Below, piece after piece: positions 1 to 9,706 of a DNA stretch of 64,000 nucleotides. The notes beneath the pieces were generated by a model. It ran no database searches. It worked only from the letters and a program-made list of their open reading frames with translations, and was not told where the DNA came from. Every line of letters begins with the position of its first letter. Position 1 is the first letter of the stretch. Source of the DNA: a virus; IMG/VR virus record IMGVR_UViG_3300026130_000003, positions 8,017 to 72,016 of that record. The stretch is one strand, 5' to 3'. A program made the position numbers and the translations under genes.

Positions 1-1290
1 CAATTCGAATATGTATGCTTTACCTGATCCCGAACCGCTCGCATCATCTTCGTACTGCGCACCTACAATTGCGTAGTTACCACTAATCGACACTGACCTA
101 CCGAACTGATCATTAAGACCTGCAATCGGAATGTATGCGTTTGGATTGTCTAATGTAGCAACTAAGTTACCCGTAGTCACATCAAAGATATATGCTTTGC
201 CCGAATTAGCACCGGTTGCGTCATCTTCTGCGTATGCTCCGACAATAGCATAGTTACCACTAATCGCCACTGCGTAACCGAATTCATCACTAGCACTTGT
301 ACCGAATGCAGTTGGATTATCTAGTGTATGTAGTAAGTTGCCAGTTGTAACATCAAAGATATATGCCTTGCCTGAACCCGAACCGCCAGCATCGTCTTCT
401 GCATATGCGCCTACAATTGCATAGTTACCAGAAATACTTACTGATCCGCCGAATCCATCAGCAAAACTTGTACTGAATGCATTTGGATTGTCTAATTGGT
501 GTACTAAATTACCAGTTGTTACATCAAATATGTATGCTTTGCCTGAACTAATGCCGCTTGAATCATCCTCTAAACTGGCACCAACGATAGCATAGTTGCC
601 AGATATAGATACTGCTTCACCAAAAGTATCATTTAAACTTGTACTGAATACATTTGGATTATCTAGTGTGTGTACTAAATTACCAGTTGTAACATCAAAG
701 ATGTAGGCTTTACCCGAAGCAGCACCGCCTGCGTCATCTTCTAAACGCGCTCCAACAATGGCGTAATTACCACTAATTGCCACTGATTCTCCGAAATTAT
801 CACCAGCACTTGTACTGAATGCAGTTGGATTATCTAGTGTATGTACTAAGTTACCAGTAGTTACATCGTAGATGTATGCTTTGCCCGAGTCAACACCGCC
901 AGCATCATCTTCATAATATGCTCCAACAATGGCGTAGTTACCATCCACTGCCAATGTATAACTGAACTGATCATTAGCACTTGTGCCATATGCGTTTGGA
1001 TTGTCTAGTGTATGCAGTAGATTACCAGTTGCCACATCAAAGACGTATGCTTTACCTGATTGGGCACCACCAGCATCGTCTTCGTAAGGTGCGCCGACAA
1101 CGGCGTAATTACCAGAAATACTTACTGACCAACCGAACACATCACCAGCACTTGTACTGAATCCAATCGGATCGTCTAGTGTTTTACTTAATGTTGCTGT
1201 TGTGTATACCGGAGCAGGTGGTGTTGGTAGTTCACCTGCCATGTATGCGACTTGTCTTGTCACATGTACGTTATTAAATTTAATGGCCAT
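1..1290 (-). CDS. FG-GAP / integrin-alpha-like seven-bladed beta-propeller virion protein (3' end just outside the window)
   Basis: Not in the ORF track. ATG at 1290 preceded by GGGAGG. Open for 430 codons to position 1, ending ...GKAYIFEL. Seven ~57-aa repeats of the form [47 protein letters not shown]. Paralogue of 29817..31097. Confidence 0.85.
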   Translation of the reverse strand, partial: MAIKFNNVHVTRQVAYMAGELPTPPAPVYTTATLSKTLDDPIGFSTSAGDVFGWSVSISGNYAVVGAPYEDDAGGAQSGKAYVFDVATGNLLHTLDNPNAYGTSANDQFSYTLAVDGNYAIVGAYYEDDAGGVDSGKAYIYDVTTGNLVHTLDNPTAFSTSAGDNFGESVAISGNYAIVGARLEDDAGGAASGKAYIFDVTTGNLVHTLDNPNVFSTSLNDTFGEAVSISGNYAIVGASLEDDSSGISSGKAYIFDVTTGNLVHQLDNPNAFSTSFADGFGGSVSISGNYAIVGAYAEDDAGGSGSGKAYIFDVTTGNLLHTLDNPTAFGTSASDEFGYAVAISGNYAIVGAYAEDDATGANSGKAYIFDVTTGNLVATLDNPNAYIPIAGLNDQFGRSVSISGNYAIVGAQYEDDASGSGSGKAYIFEL

Positions 1291-1323
1291 ATAAACCTCC
1301 CTTGTTTGTAATATGTCTACTTT

Positions 1324-1368
1324 TATTTATCAAAAAAAGGTTGACAACTATACTAAATATGTTATACT
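1324..1368. promoter_or_regulatory. Divergent promoter pair: late GATAAATA box on the minus strand (1324-1331) and sigma70-type TTGACA-N16-TATACT with extended TGn on the plus strand (1341-1368)
   Basis: Motifs read directly between the two divergent genes. Confidence 0.65.
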
Positions 1369-1397
1369 TGTTCAGTATTGAGTTAAGGAGATAGAAC

Positions 1398-2156
1398 ATG
1401 AATGAATCTAAATTCAAAGAAGTAACTACTCGGGAATATCGTGGTACTGAACTCGTCCTGGGTATGTCAGAATCATTCGCTCCTGCATCATCTTATGACT
1501 TGTCTACTCTAGTTGCGGCTTCACTGGTAGCAAAAGATATCAACGGTACATATGTTAAGCGTGGCAATGAATATCGTAATACAGACCCAGACAAACCATA
1601 CGAAAGTTATGTAATAGTTCGTTGGTCAAACCGCGATACTATTCTCATACTTATGGCAAATTACCCTGAACTAGTAGAAGAACGGTTAGAAGAAGCCAAA
1701 GAATTCATTTCTACACTGGAAACTAATCTTGCATTCAAAGCATTGTCTGACCACCTGACAAGTTTTGAAATATCTATTACAGAAGCAATAGCAAATAGTG
1801 AGGTTAGTCGCCGTAATATTGGTTGTTTGGCTTATGCTCCGTACTATGTAGAAAATGAAATTCGCAACAGTGATGTTAATCTACGTGCAACAGATAGTAA
1901 GCATTTGGGTGTTCCCGGTGACAAACTTACACTCATACTAGAAAATATCCGTGTTGTAGAATCTCGTGGTTATCCAGGCTATAATGTATCTGCTATCACA
2001 AACACTAACGACTTGGTTTCATTCTTTACATCTAAAAATGATTTTTGCAACATTGAAGGTTCATACCGTATAACTGCTAAAATCAAATCATGCGGAGTGG
2101 ATTGGAAAACAAAATCTATCCCAGAAACACGTTTAAACTATGTTAAGATTGTTTAA
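1398..2156 (+). CDS. Hypothetical protein with a probable C-terminal OB-fold
   Basis: 252-aa ORF with AAGGAG RBS. C-terminal beta-rich segment HLGVPGDKLTL...ITAKIKS...ETRLNYVK resembles OB-fold domains of phage proteins. Confidence 0.55.
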   Translation: MNESKFKEVTTREYRGTELVLGMSESFAPASSYDLSTLVAASLVAKDINGTYVKRGNEYRNTDPDKPYESYVIVRWSNRDTILILMANYPELVEERLEEAKEFISTLETNLAFKALSDHLTSFEISITEAIANSEVSRRNIGCLAYAPYYVENEIRNSDVNLRATDSKHLGVPGDKLTLILENIRVVESRGYPGYNVSAITNTNDLVSFFTSKNDFCNIEGSYRITAKIKSCGVDWKTKSIPETRLNYVKIV

Positions 2157-3408
2157 ACTGGGTTAGTATAGGTATCAAATCACACGCAGGTGCAAAGGGG
2201 TCTTTATCCTGTTTATGCATCTGCTCAAAGTTATAAGTCAAATCTCCCAACATTTCTATTAGTGTTTCTGACCACCATTCATCTGACATAGAATGAAGAC
2301 GGTCTAACTCTGCTAAAAACTTTATCATTCTGGTCTTATGGTCTGGTTCTTTATCGTAGTCGTGGTTAATCCAACGGTCAAATGTTCTAAAACCTTTCCT
2401 ACGTAATACTTCTATATTGTTTACATCACCGAATTGTATGAAAGGTTGCATCATAAGAAACGGTTTGTAAGATTTTTCCGTTATAAAAGAAGAGTTGTAT
2501 GGTACTTCCGGCACTGTCTCTGTTACTATATGTAGTGTGCTATTCATAGCGTGTGGTAAGAAAACTGTAGGAGCATGATTGAAATCAAGGTCTATATCTT
2601 GTTCTCCTATGACCGGTGTAACAAATCCTTCATGGTTTATATAATAATCTACATCGTCTGACAAATAATCAAAATACGGTTCGTTTTTAGAGTATGAATT
2701 CCCTTCACCTCGAGGTGCATGGTCTCCCAAACTGTGAATACAACTGTCTATATAACCCTTACTTCTCATATGTGCCAGTATCAATATACGGTGCGGTCTT
2801 GCTCTACGGTTGTAACATACACTTCTAAATCGTGGTTTTAGTTTTCGTTCTATCTGCTCTATTCGTGCTTTATAGAAATGTTCTTTATTGTATCTTATGT
2901 TTTCATCTGTGAACAAAACATATCGTAGTGTATCACCGGATAATAAATTAACTCCTCGAGATTGTACATTATCAATCATTTCTTGAGGCATAAACTCTTG
3001 CTCAAGGTATGCACCGGTTACCAATGTTATTTGAGAAGGTGATTTAACATTAAGAGATTTTATTAAAATATCAAAATCTATGTGGTCATAAGTAAATGAT
3101 TCAGTTGTCCAATTGATAATCCAATGTACTAATCCTTCTCCCGAATCCTCATATAATCTAGCATCTAATTCAATATCAGGAGCGTTGTCCACAGGTTTAC
3201 AAAAGGAATATTTGAATACTCCATCATCTTTAAAGTCGGTTTCTACATCCATAAACACAACATACTTGTTTCCATAAACAATATATTGTTGAGGTTTTAT
3301 TTCAAAGTAATTTAAACTATTGTACGCATTCTGAAAATATTCATACTGCGTACTGTCATAGTCTATGTTGTATATGTTTCCACGATTAAACAATACAGCA
3401 GGTAACAT
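2143..3408 (-). CDS. Glycosyltransferase-like protein (exostosin/GT47-like C-terminal 'ET...TEKxxKP...QPF' family)
   Basis: Motifs CYNRRARPHR, HIVTET, FITEKSYKPFLMMQPF, GFRTFDRWINHDYD. Paralogous to 42442..43659 and 44522..45607. Confidence 0.55.
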   Translation of the reverse strand: MLPAVLFNRGNIYNIDYDSTQYEYFQNAYNSLNYFEIKPQQYIVYGNKYVVFMDVETDFKDDGVFKYSFCKPVDNAPDIELDARLYEDSGEGLVHWIINWTTESFTYDHIDFDILIKSLNVKSPSQITLVTGAYLEQEFMPQEMIDNVQSRGVNLLSGDTLRYVLFTDENIRYNKEHFYKARIEQIERKLKPRFRSVCYNRRARPHRILILAHMRSKGYIDSCIHSLGDHAPRGEGNSYSKNEPYFDYLSDDVDYYINHEGFVTPVIGEQDIDLDFNHAPTVFLPHAMNSTLHIVTETVPEVPYNSSFITEKSYKPFLMMQPFIQFGDVNNIEVLRRKGFRTFDRWINHDYDKEPDHKTRMIKFLAELDRLHSMSDEWWSETLIEMLGDLTYNFEQMHKQDKDPFAPACDLIPILTQFKQS

Positions 3409-4640
3409 TATCGTCCTCGTGTGTTACCGTAATGAATTACCTTACTGGCATTCGAACTAAACTTACGCCAAGGGTCAATTACAACACTTCCAGCAGGAAT
3501 AACACAATACAACTTATCGTTGCCGTCACCTTCTTCTGTCATGTACTTGTACGTTGTACTCGCACTATGCGCCATTAGAAATACAGCAGGGCCACTAGGC
3601 TCTTCAGTATCACCCGTTTCAGGGTCAATGTAATGTACACTGTGTCCCATCTGTTCTACATAATGTCCAATCAACATAGAGTAACTACCTGCTAGATATG
3701 GCACACCAGGCTTGTATGCTTTACCATGAATCCATATTGGCAGATTATTTTCTTCAGCATGTTTGACTAATTCTTTTGCTAGATTCTCTGCCTGAATTTC
3801 ACGAGCATTCATTATAGAATCAAACAAATCATAACCCAAATCTAATTCTTGTGCCATGTAGCGCAACGCAATGTTATCTCGTGGGTGACAAGCACCACCA
3901 TCGCCCATACCAGCAGTCATATATTGTGGTCCCATGATACGCATTGTAGAATTGGCAAGTGCGTCAGTAACTACATCAACATTGATATTACCTTGCTTCT
4001 CTGCTACATCTTGAATCATGTTTACCAGACCAATCTTAGCACTGATGAATGTGTTATAGAACACTTTAATACATTCGCATTCATCCCATGTACCTACAAT
4101 GTAACGAGGGTCATTTTCCATCACGGTCTTGTAAAAATCAATGAGTTGTTTCGCATCACCTGTTTCACTGCCGTCTTGTGTGCCAATCATTACCATTTCT
4201 GGATTAACCATATCCCATGCCACTGACCCCATAGCAATTAGATACGGATTGTATACAAATCGTGTGTTAGTTACTAAGTCAACAAACTCTCGGCGTGTTG
4301 TGCCAGGTAGTACAGTAGAAATAAGAACCAATAACTGGTCTGGCGTCATGTATTTGTTTGCTTCAGTAATACATTCTTTTACAATGTCATATCCAAAATC
4401 TTTTGGTTCCAAGTGTGCTGTAGGGGCGTTACCATCGTATGCTGGGTCATGTGGCGTTGGCACAGCAACAAATACAATGTCTTTGTTTTGTACTAGTTGT
4501 TCAATTGTGTCAACTTGTTTAACAAATTCGCTAGGACATTCCATTACATCATAGCCTTCTACATTGTGTCCTTTTTGTGCGATTGCTTCAGCACATGGTA
4601 GTCCCAACTTACCTGTACCTATAAATCCAATGTTACTCAT
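3408..4640 (-). CDS. UDP-glucose/GDP-mannose dehydrogenase family protein
   Basis: Rossmann GxGxxG (IGTGKLG), FVAVPTP, STVLPGT, catalytic K in CIKVFYN, catalytic C in GGACHPRD, AYKP. Confidence 0.9.
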   Translation of the reverse strand: MSNIGFIGTGKLGLPCAEAIAQKGHNVEGYDVMECPSEFVKQVDTIEQLVQNKDIVFVAVPTPHDPAYDGNAPTAHLEPKDFGYDIVKECITEANKYMTPDQLLVLISTVLPGTTRREFVDLVTNTRFVYNPYLIAMGSVAWDMVNPEMVMIGTQDGSETGDAKQLIDFYKTVMENDPRYIVGTWDECECIKVFYNTFISAKIGLVNMIQDVAEKQGNINVDVVTDALANSTMRIMGPQYMTAGMGDGGACHPRDNIALRYMAQELDLGYDLFDSIMNAREIQAENLAKELVKHAEENNLPIWIHGKAYKPGVPYLAGSYSMLIGHYVEQMGHSVHYIDPETGDTEEPSGPAVFLMAHSASTTYKYMTEEGDGNDKLYCVIPAGSVVIDPWRKFSSNASKVIHYGNTRGR

Positions 4641-4651
4641 TCAGTATATCC

Positions 4652-6040
4652 TCAAGATTCAGTTAATTCTTTACATAGTAAGTAAAACGATTCCATTTCA
4701 GGGAATGTTTTTACTAGATTAGTATCTCTACGTTTGTCATGTTCAGTGAACCAACGATAGAAGTTTTTTCGTGCTTCTAATTCTTTCGCATGTTCATAAC
4801 GAGTACTTTCCATATAGTCAACCACTCGTTTAAATTTTTCGTACTCTAACGGACTAAATTTCATTCTATCATTCTCATCCATATTATTATGTATGAATTC
4901 TAAATGACTATGCATATACGGCATAAACTGTTCTTTAGGTAGAATATTCATATCGTATAATAGAGGTTCTTTTAAGTGCGGTGTATCAAAACGAACTCTT
5001 TGCCATTGCGTCTCGTTGTCATCTGAATTATATTTAGTCCTCCACTCTAGTATCTTTTCTAACAATGTTTGAAAACTTGTCACTGAAAAGATATTAAATG
5101 TAATCATAAATGTAATTGGAAGTCCAGTATTACTCAAATAGTAATCTAAGTTCTGTTCCCATAGTTCTATGTCAAGACCATCACGGGTATACTCTGCTCG
5201 CTTAGTCCATGTATCAATACTCGAATACAGTTTAAAACTTTTAATTTTACCTTCTGCTTTTAGTCGTTTAACCGTGTCTGCTAGTTTGACTACCAGTGCA
5301 TTCTTCACACCAAGATTACTGTTAAGTTCAATTTGGATATGTGGTTTAGGATCTTTGTCAAGTTGCTCAAATAGTTCCCATGTACTGCGGTGTAGCAGTG
5401 GTTCGCCGCCTGTGATACGTAGTATGTTAAGTGTCTTACTTACTTCAGGCCACCATTCCCACCACGCGTCAACGTATGGATTAGATTCTTCTTTATGAAA
5501 GAGTGTAAACCAATCTATGTCTGCTCTATGTTCTGTACTCATAGAGTACGGACCATGCTTTTTAATTTCATTCCAGTATCGACTACTTGCTTTAGGATGA
5601 CAATAGCCGCAACGAAAGTTACACTCATTGCTGAATGATATTTCAATATATTCTGGATTGATGTTCAAATCAAAGTCAGCATTTTTGATTTCTTCCAATC
5701 GTTCAGGCGTGTATATACTTGCTGTCTTAATTTTACGGTCAGAAATATAATCTTTACCCATTGCTTCTATACGCCAGCAGTATGAGCAACCAGAAGGTTG
5801 TTTACCTTCTAGCATATCTTTTCGTTCTTGCTTTTTCTGTCGTGTATTATGAAGTGCGCTTGGATTCCCTACCAACTCACCTGTTGGGATACGATGTGGT
5901 GGCGGATGATAACAACTATGTGTTTCACCTGTTTGTAAGTACAATGTTGTATGATGCCACTTTGCCAAACAAAATGTCGGGCTAATGGCTTCATCTGTAA
6001 TGTCCATTACATTTTTTATACGTTCTAGTTCTTGACTCAT
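4652..6040 (-). CDS. Radical SAM enzyme with an N-terminal Twitch/SPASM-like Cys cluster
   Basis: CxxxCxxC (CNFRCGYC) and GGEP motifs. Extra N-terminal C...HSCYHP...CSYC. Confidence 0.88.
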   Translation of the reverse strand: MSQELERIKNVMDITDEAISPTFCLAKWHHTTLYLQTGETHSCYHPPPHRIPTGELVGNPSALHNTRQKKQERKDMLEGKQPSGCSYCWRIEAMGKDYISDRKIKTASIYTPERLEEIKNADFDLNINPEYIEISFSNECNFRCGYCHPKASSRYWNEIKKHGPYSMSTEHRADIDWFTLFHKEESNPYVDAWWEWWPEVSKTLNILRITGGEPLLHRSTWELFEQLDKDPKPHIQIELNSNLGVKNALVVKLADTVKRLKAEGKIKSFKLYSSIDTWTKRAEYTRDGLDIELWEQNLDYYLSNTGLPITFMITFNIFSVTSFQTLLEKILEWRTKYNSDDNETQWQRVRFDTPHLKEPLLYDMNILPKEQFMPYMHSHLEFIHNNMDENDRMKFSPLEYEKFKRVVDYMESTRYEHAKELEARKNFYRWFTEHDKRRDTNLVKTFPEMESFYLLCKELTES

Positions 6041-7008
6041 TTAGAACCTATCTGTCGTTCTTTTGCTGTTAGACCTGGGTTGCGCGGTGCATTAGTATAT
6101 ACTCGCTTGAAGAATCGTGAAACTTCCGGTGTGGGTTCACACAACTCTAGATCCATTCGTTGATCCAATAACTGTCCTAGTTTTACTGCTTCATTGTATA
6201 AGTTATCGTAATCCCATTTAACACCACTGCGTGAACAAAGTTCGTCACCTTCACCAATATTAGCCAACACGGTGTTTGTGAAGTAGTCACTAAACCATTC
6301 AAAGTCAGAAATGAATTCTGTTTTGAATTCACTGTTAAAGTTTACATCGTAACAACCCAATCGTGCCCCATAAATTGCCCACAAACCGTTCTCTACATCA
6401 GCGCCTACATTACACCAAGTAATAAGTCGTTCATAGTTCTTAGGCCATATCTTAGTTTTAAACTCACTTAGATGTACTCTGTACCCACGATCCAGAGACA
6501 TTTTTACACCTTCTCGGTATCCTGCACGGAATGCTTGGAATGGTGAACCAGAGTTAAAGATAACTGAGTACGTGTTGTTCATTTGAATGTATTCGAGATC
6601 CCAACAAAAGTCAATCTTCATTGACTCAGTTTCTGCCTCTTCGTGTGTTTTCATATTCAAAACAAGTTCACGAGGCCAGCATTTAATACCGCCATTACCA
6701 TAGACAAGTCCATTAACTGAGTTTTTAGCAGACCATGAGATAACAGATTTTGCCATATCAGTGTCTTCCGGAATTGATACTTCCAATGTAAAGAATGCAG
6801 GGTCCACGATGTTATCGCCGTCTATAGTAATAAAACGGTCAGTGGTTGACTGTCTTGCACATTCTTTATGTGCGTTATCGAAACCTTTGACTCCATCTAC
6901 TCGTTTAGCAAATGGGAATTTGTTCTTTAAATCTGCCCAATGTTCTTCTTTATTTGGTTCATCATATGAAATATAGAAGATATCCAAATCGCCTGTTCTA
7001 ACTATCAT
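6037..7008 (-). CDS. GT-A fold glycosyltransferase-like protein
   Basis: FYISYDEP, AHKECA, DxD motif FITIDGDNIV, YGNGGIKCW. Confidence 0.6.
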   Translation of the reverse strand: MIVRTGDLDIFYISYDEPNKEEHWADLKNKFPFAKRVDGVKGFDNAHKECARQSTTDRFITIDGDNIVDPAFFTLEVSIPEDTDMAKSVISWSAKNSVNGLVYGNGGIKCWPRELVLNMKTHEEAETESMKIDFCWDLEYIQMNNTYSVIFNSGSPFQAFRAGYREGVKMSLDRGYRVHLSEFKTKIWPKNYERLITWCNVGADVENGLWAIYGARLGCYDVNFNSEFKTEFISDFEWFSDYFTNTVLANIGEGDELCSRSGVKWDYDNLYNEAVKLGQLLDQRMDLELCEPTPEVSRFFKRVYTNAPRNPGLTAKERQIGSK

Positions 7009-7602
7009 TTACTTTGTCTCCACTGAATATGTATCAAAAAATCTTCGTGTTCTTATACTAACGTTGTTTATATCATGGTTGAATGGCGCTTTACATTCTA
7101 CACCACGAACCAAATCATCTAACTCTATTTGAATAGTTTCAATTAGAAATTCGGGTCTATTCTTAACTGTAATGTAAAACGAGTGATGTGTTTCGTTAAG
7201 TATTACTATTTTTTTATGTGTTGGGTTATGTTTATACGCATCTATAATTTCTTCGGATGCAACTATTTTCATCTCACCATCATGAATAGTCAACGAAACG
7301 TCCGCATCACCAGAATCTTTAATTTCAAATATTTGGTTTAGTCTTACAATATTAGGTAATGTTGCTTTTCTTTTTACAATATCGTATCCGCCACTATCAC
7401 GCTTCACCACCTTATATTTAGTCACACCTTCTTGACCGTTTAGAAATGGTGCTACTGATTTTAACGAGAACCATGCGCACCTTTCGTTGTCCGGCACATC
7501 TTCTTTAGGTGCGGCAAGTATTTGTTTAATGTTACCTACTTCCGTAAAATAAACAATTCGTTTTTGTCCGCCTGTATAGTTCTCTGGAACACTACTAATC
7601 AT
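7009..7602 (-). CDS. Hypothetical protein in the glycosylation cluster
   Basis: 197-aa ORF that overlaps or abuts its neighbours. Confidence 0.6.
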   Translation of the reverse strand: MISSVPENYTGGQKRIVYFTEVGNIKQILAAPKEDVPDNERCAWFSLKSVAPFLNGQEGVTKYKVVKRDSGGYDIVKRKATLPNIVRLNQIFEIKDSGDADVSLTIHDGEMKIVASEEIIDAYKHNPTHKKIVILNETHHSFYITVKNRPEFLIETIQIELDDLVRGVECKAPFNHDINNVSIRTRRFFDTYSVETK

Positions 7603-8431
7603 TCAATGTTTTCTCTAATATACTTAACTTTTCATCTGTTAACCACATCTTATTTACATAATGGAATGGCATCGTCTGTCTGTAGTTACCTACATACAAA
7701 CTCAAATCGTCTCCTAGTGTACAACCCAATGATTCTTCCCAGTTATCTTCAACACCTCTTACATTTTGCACTTTACTTTTCATATGTACAAATGTAGGTG
7801 TCGGTCTAGGGTCAGTTACTTCACCCTCAATCCCTAACACCTTGATTAAAAAAGCATATGCTAAGTCTGCACTTAAACTGTCCTGTCCAGGACCAACTAA
7901 GAAAGATTCGTAATAGCGATTCCAGTCTTGAAATATATGTTTCAACATTCTAAAAAAGTGAAACGCATAATCTCCTTTTTTGAAGTACATCATATTAGTA
8001 TATACGTTAGGCAACTTTTTGTCTACAAATTTTATTCTGTAGTTATTTGCATTTACAACTTCGCCTCTAAATGTTAATGTGTGATTTGGTAACCACATAT
8101 CCTTTTCTTGAAGTGTATCCCACCAAAAATCTATGGGTTCTACGAATAACATATCAACGTCAAGTACCATAGTTTCATCGAACGGCGACAAGTCGTAGTA
8201 CATCCACTTGTTGTCGATTTTCCATCGTGTGTCAACTTCCGGAACCATAACTATATGGTCAAATACTTTTTTATGGTCATCAGTGATAAGTTTTGCTGTT
8301 GTTTCGTCTGTACACAAGCAAAAATCTTTTACTTCTAATTGAGTTGCTTTAATACTTAAAGCCAAAGCGTATGCCATTCTTAGGTAATCGTCTCTGCTAT
8401 TTTGTGCTATTGCGATATATCCTTTAGACAT
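7595..8431 (-). CDS. GT-A glycosyltransferase (GT8/mannosyltransferase-like)
   Basis: YLRMAYALALSIK, SPFDETMVLDVDML (DxD), HMK. Confidence 0.7.
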   Translation of the reverse strand: MSKGYIAIAQNSRDDYLRMAYALALSIKATQLEVKDFCLCTDETTAKLITDDHKKVFDHIVMVPEVDTRWKIDNKWMYYDLSPFDETMVLDVDMLFVEPIDFWWDTLQEKDMWLPNHTLTFRGEVVNANNYRIKFVDKKLPNVYTNMMYFKKGDYAFHFFRMLKHIFQDWNRYYESFLVGPGQDSLSADLAYAFLIKVLGIEGEVTDPRPTPTFVHMKSKVQNVRGVEDNWEESLGCTLGDDLSLYVGNYRQTMPFHYVNKMWLTDEKLSILEKTLND

Positions 8432-9335
8432 TGCGATTCTCCAACAATTCTAATAGTGCATCGGCATGTCGTAACAACGATTTTTTATTCATTATATGTA
8501 TGTCTGCGCCTAACAATCTAGTCATATAAGTGTCATATTGCGGCTGTTCTTTGATTCGCCGTTTTTTTCTTTCTGATGTTCGTCTTTTAGCACAAAGAAT
8601 AATAACTTCCTCGGTGCTTTTAAATTTGTATATTTCGTCTATATCAAAACTATTGACCAAATATTTATTCGGTAGGGTAGGTACTTTATCCGTTAGACCG
8701 CCATTGATTATATGTAATGCCATAGCAAATACATAATCATTTCTATATAGATGGTCTTTCGCTTTGAACAATGTACAATAATATTTGTAGTTCTTACGAA
8801 TGTGTTTAATCATAGTGAACACAGATTGTGCGTACACAGACTTCCTAAAGTAAACAACCGTCGCCCACGCCATAGGTATCGTGTTACCATCCAAGTATGC
8901 TCTACGAGTGTTATGGGTGTGCCCTAGGTCACAGTAGTCGTAATGTATCATAAAGTCATTAACACTTCCCCATACTTGATCCAATACGTTACTCATAATT
9001 AAGTAATCTGAATCTATCAATAGTGTTTCATCATATGGTGATAAGTCGTACACCTCTGAACGGTCTAAGTTCATAAAGTGTGCGTCAATATCTCGTTCGG
9101 GAGTGTCGTGATAACGTCTATAAGATGGTCGTGTATTATCGTTTACTTCGATAACCTTATCAAATGTTTTATCTATCGATTCTTTACTAGCGTTATATGT
9201 TGGTGTATCAGTAATCAAACATAGTTCATCGTAGAGGCACAGGTGCTCTTTAGCCATCTTTGCGCATAGTACGGCAATTTTGGCATAGTCATAGTGTTCA
9301 TTGTTTCTTGCTAGAATTACAATGCCTTTACTCAT
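8424..9335 (-). CDS. GT-A glycosyltransferase, tandem paralogue of 7595..8431
   Basis: MSKG start shared with the neighbour. SPYDETLLIDSDYL (DxD), YRNDY, HIMNK. Confidence 0.7.
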   Translation of the reverse strand: MSKGIVILARNNEHYDYAKIAVLCAKMAKEHLCLYDELCLITDTPTYNASKESIDKTFDKVIEVNDNTRPSYRRYHDTPERDIDAHFMNLDRSEVYDLSPYDETLLIDSDYLIMSNVLDQVWGSVNDFMIHYDYCDLGHTHNTRRAYLDGNTIPMAWATVVYFRKSVYAQSVFTMIKHIRKNYKYYCTLFKAKDHLYRNDYVFAMALHIINGGLTDKVPTLPNKYLVNSFDIDEIYKFKSTEEVIILCAKRRTSERKKRRIKEQPQYDTYMTRLLGADIHIMNKKSLLRHADALLELLENRNV

Positions 9336-9700
9336 TACTTGTCAAAAACCTGTTTGATGTTCCTTGATGATTCTAGTTGTTTAAGTTCTTCGTATGCTTG
9401 TGCCATAACAGTATCGTATATGGTTTTTGCTTTTTCCAACGATTCCTCAACATCTGGTATCAGTATCGGATTACGGTTGTTGTCAAGCATGATAAGCGAA
9501 TCTTCGCCATGTTGTAGAGCAAAGCACAGGAAGTTTAAGAATTCAGTTGTAACTGAAAAGGTTCCGCCATTGACGCTGTACACCAATCTATTGTCTATTT
9601 TAAGTTTGATATTCTCTTTTGCTAAATTGTATGAATACATTGCATTGGCAAAATCGAATGCTGAATCTAGTGTTTCTTGTTTTGTTTCGATATCATTCAC
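9335..9700 (-). CDS. Hypothetical protein heading the GT cluster
   Basis: 121-aa ORF with GTG start and AAGGAG RBS. Confidence 0.65.
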   Translation of the reverse strand: MNDIETKQETLDSAFDFANAMYSYNLAKENIKLKIDNRLVYSVNGGTFSVTTEFLNFLCFALQHGEDSLIMLDNNRNPILIPDVEESLEKAKTIYDTVMAQAYEELKQLESSRNIKQVFDK

Positions 9701-9706
9701 AAATAA

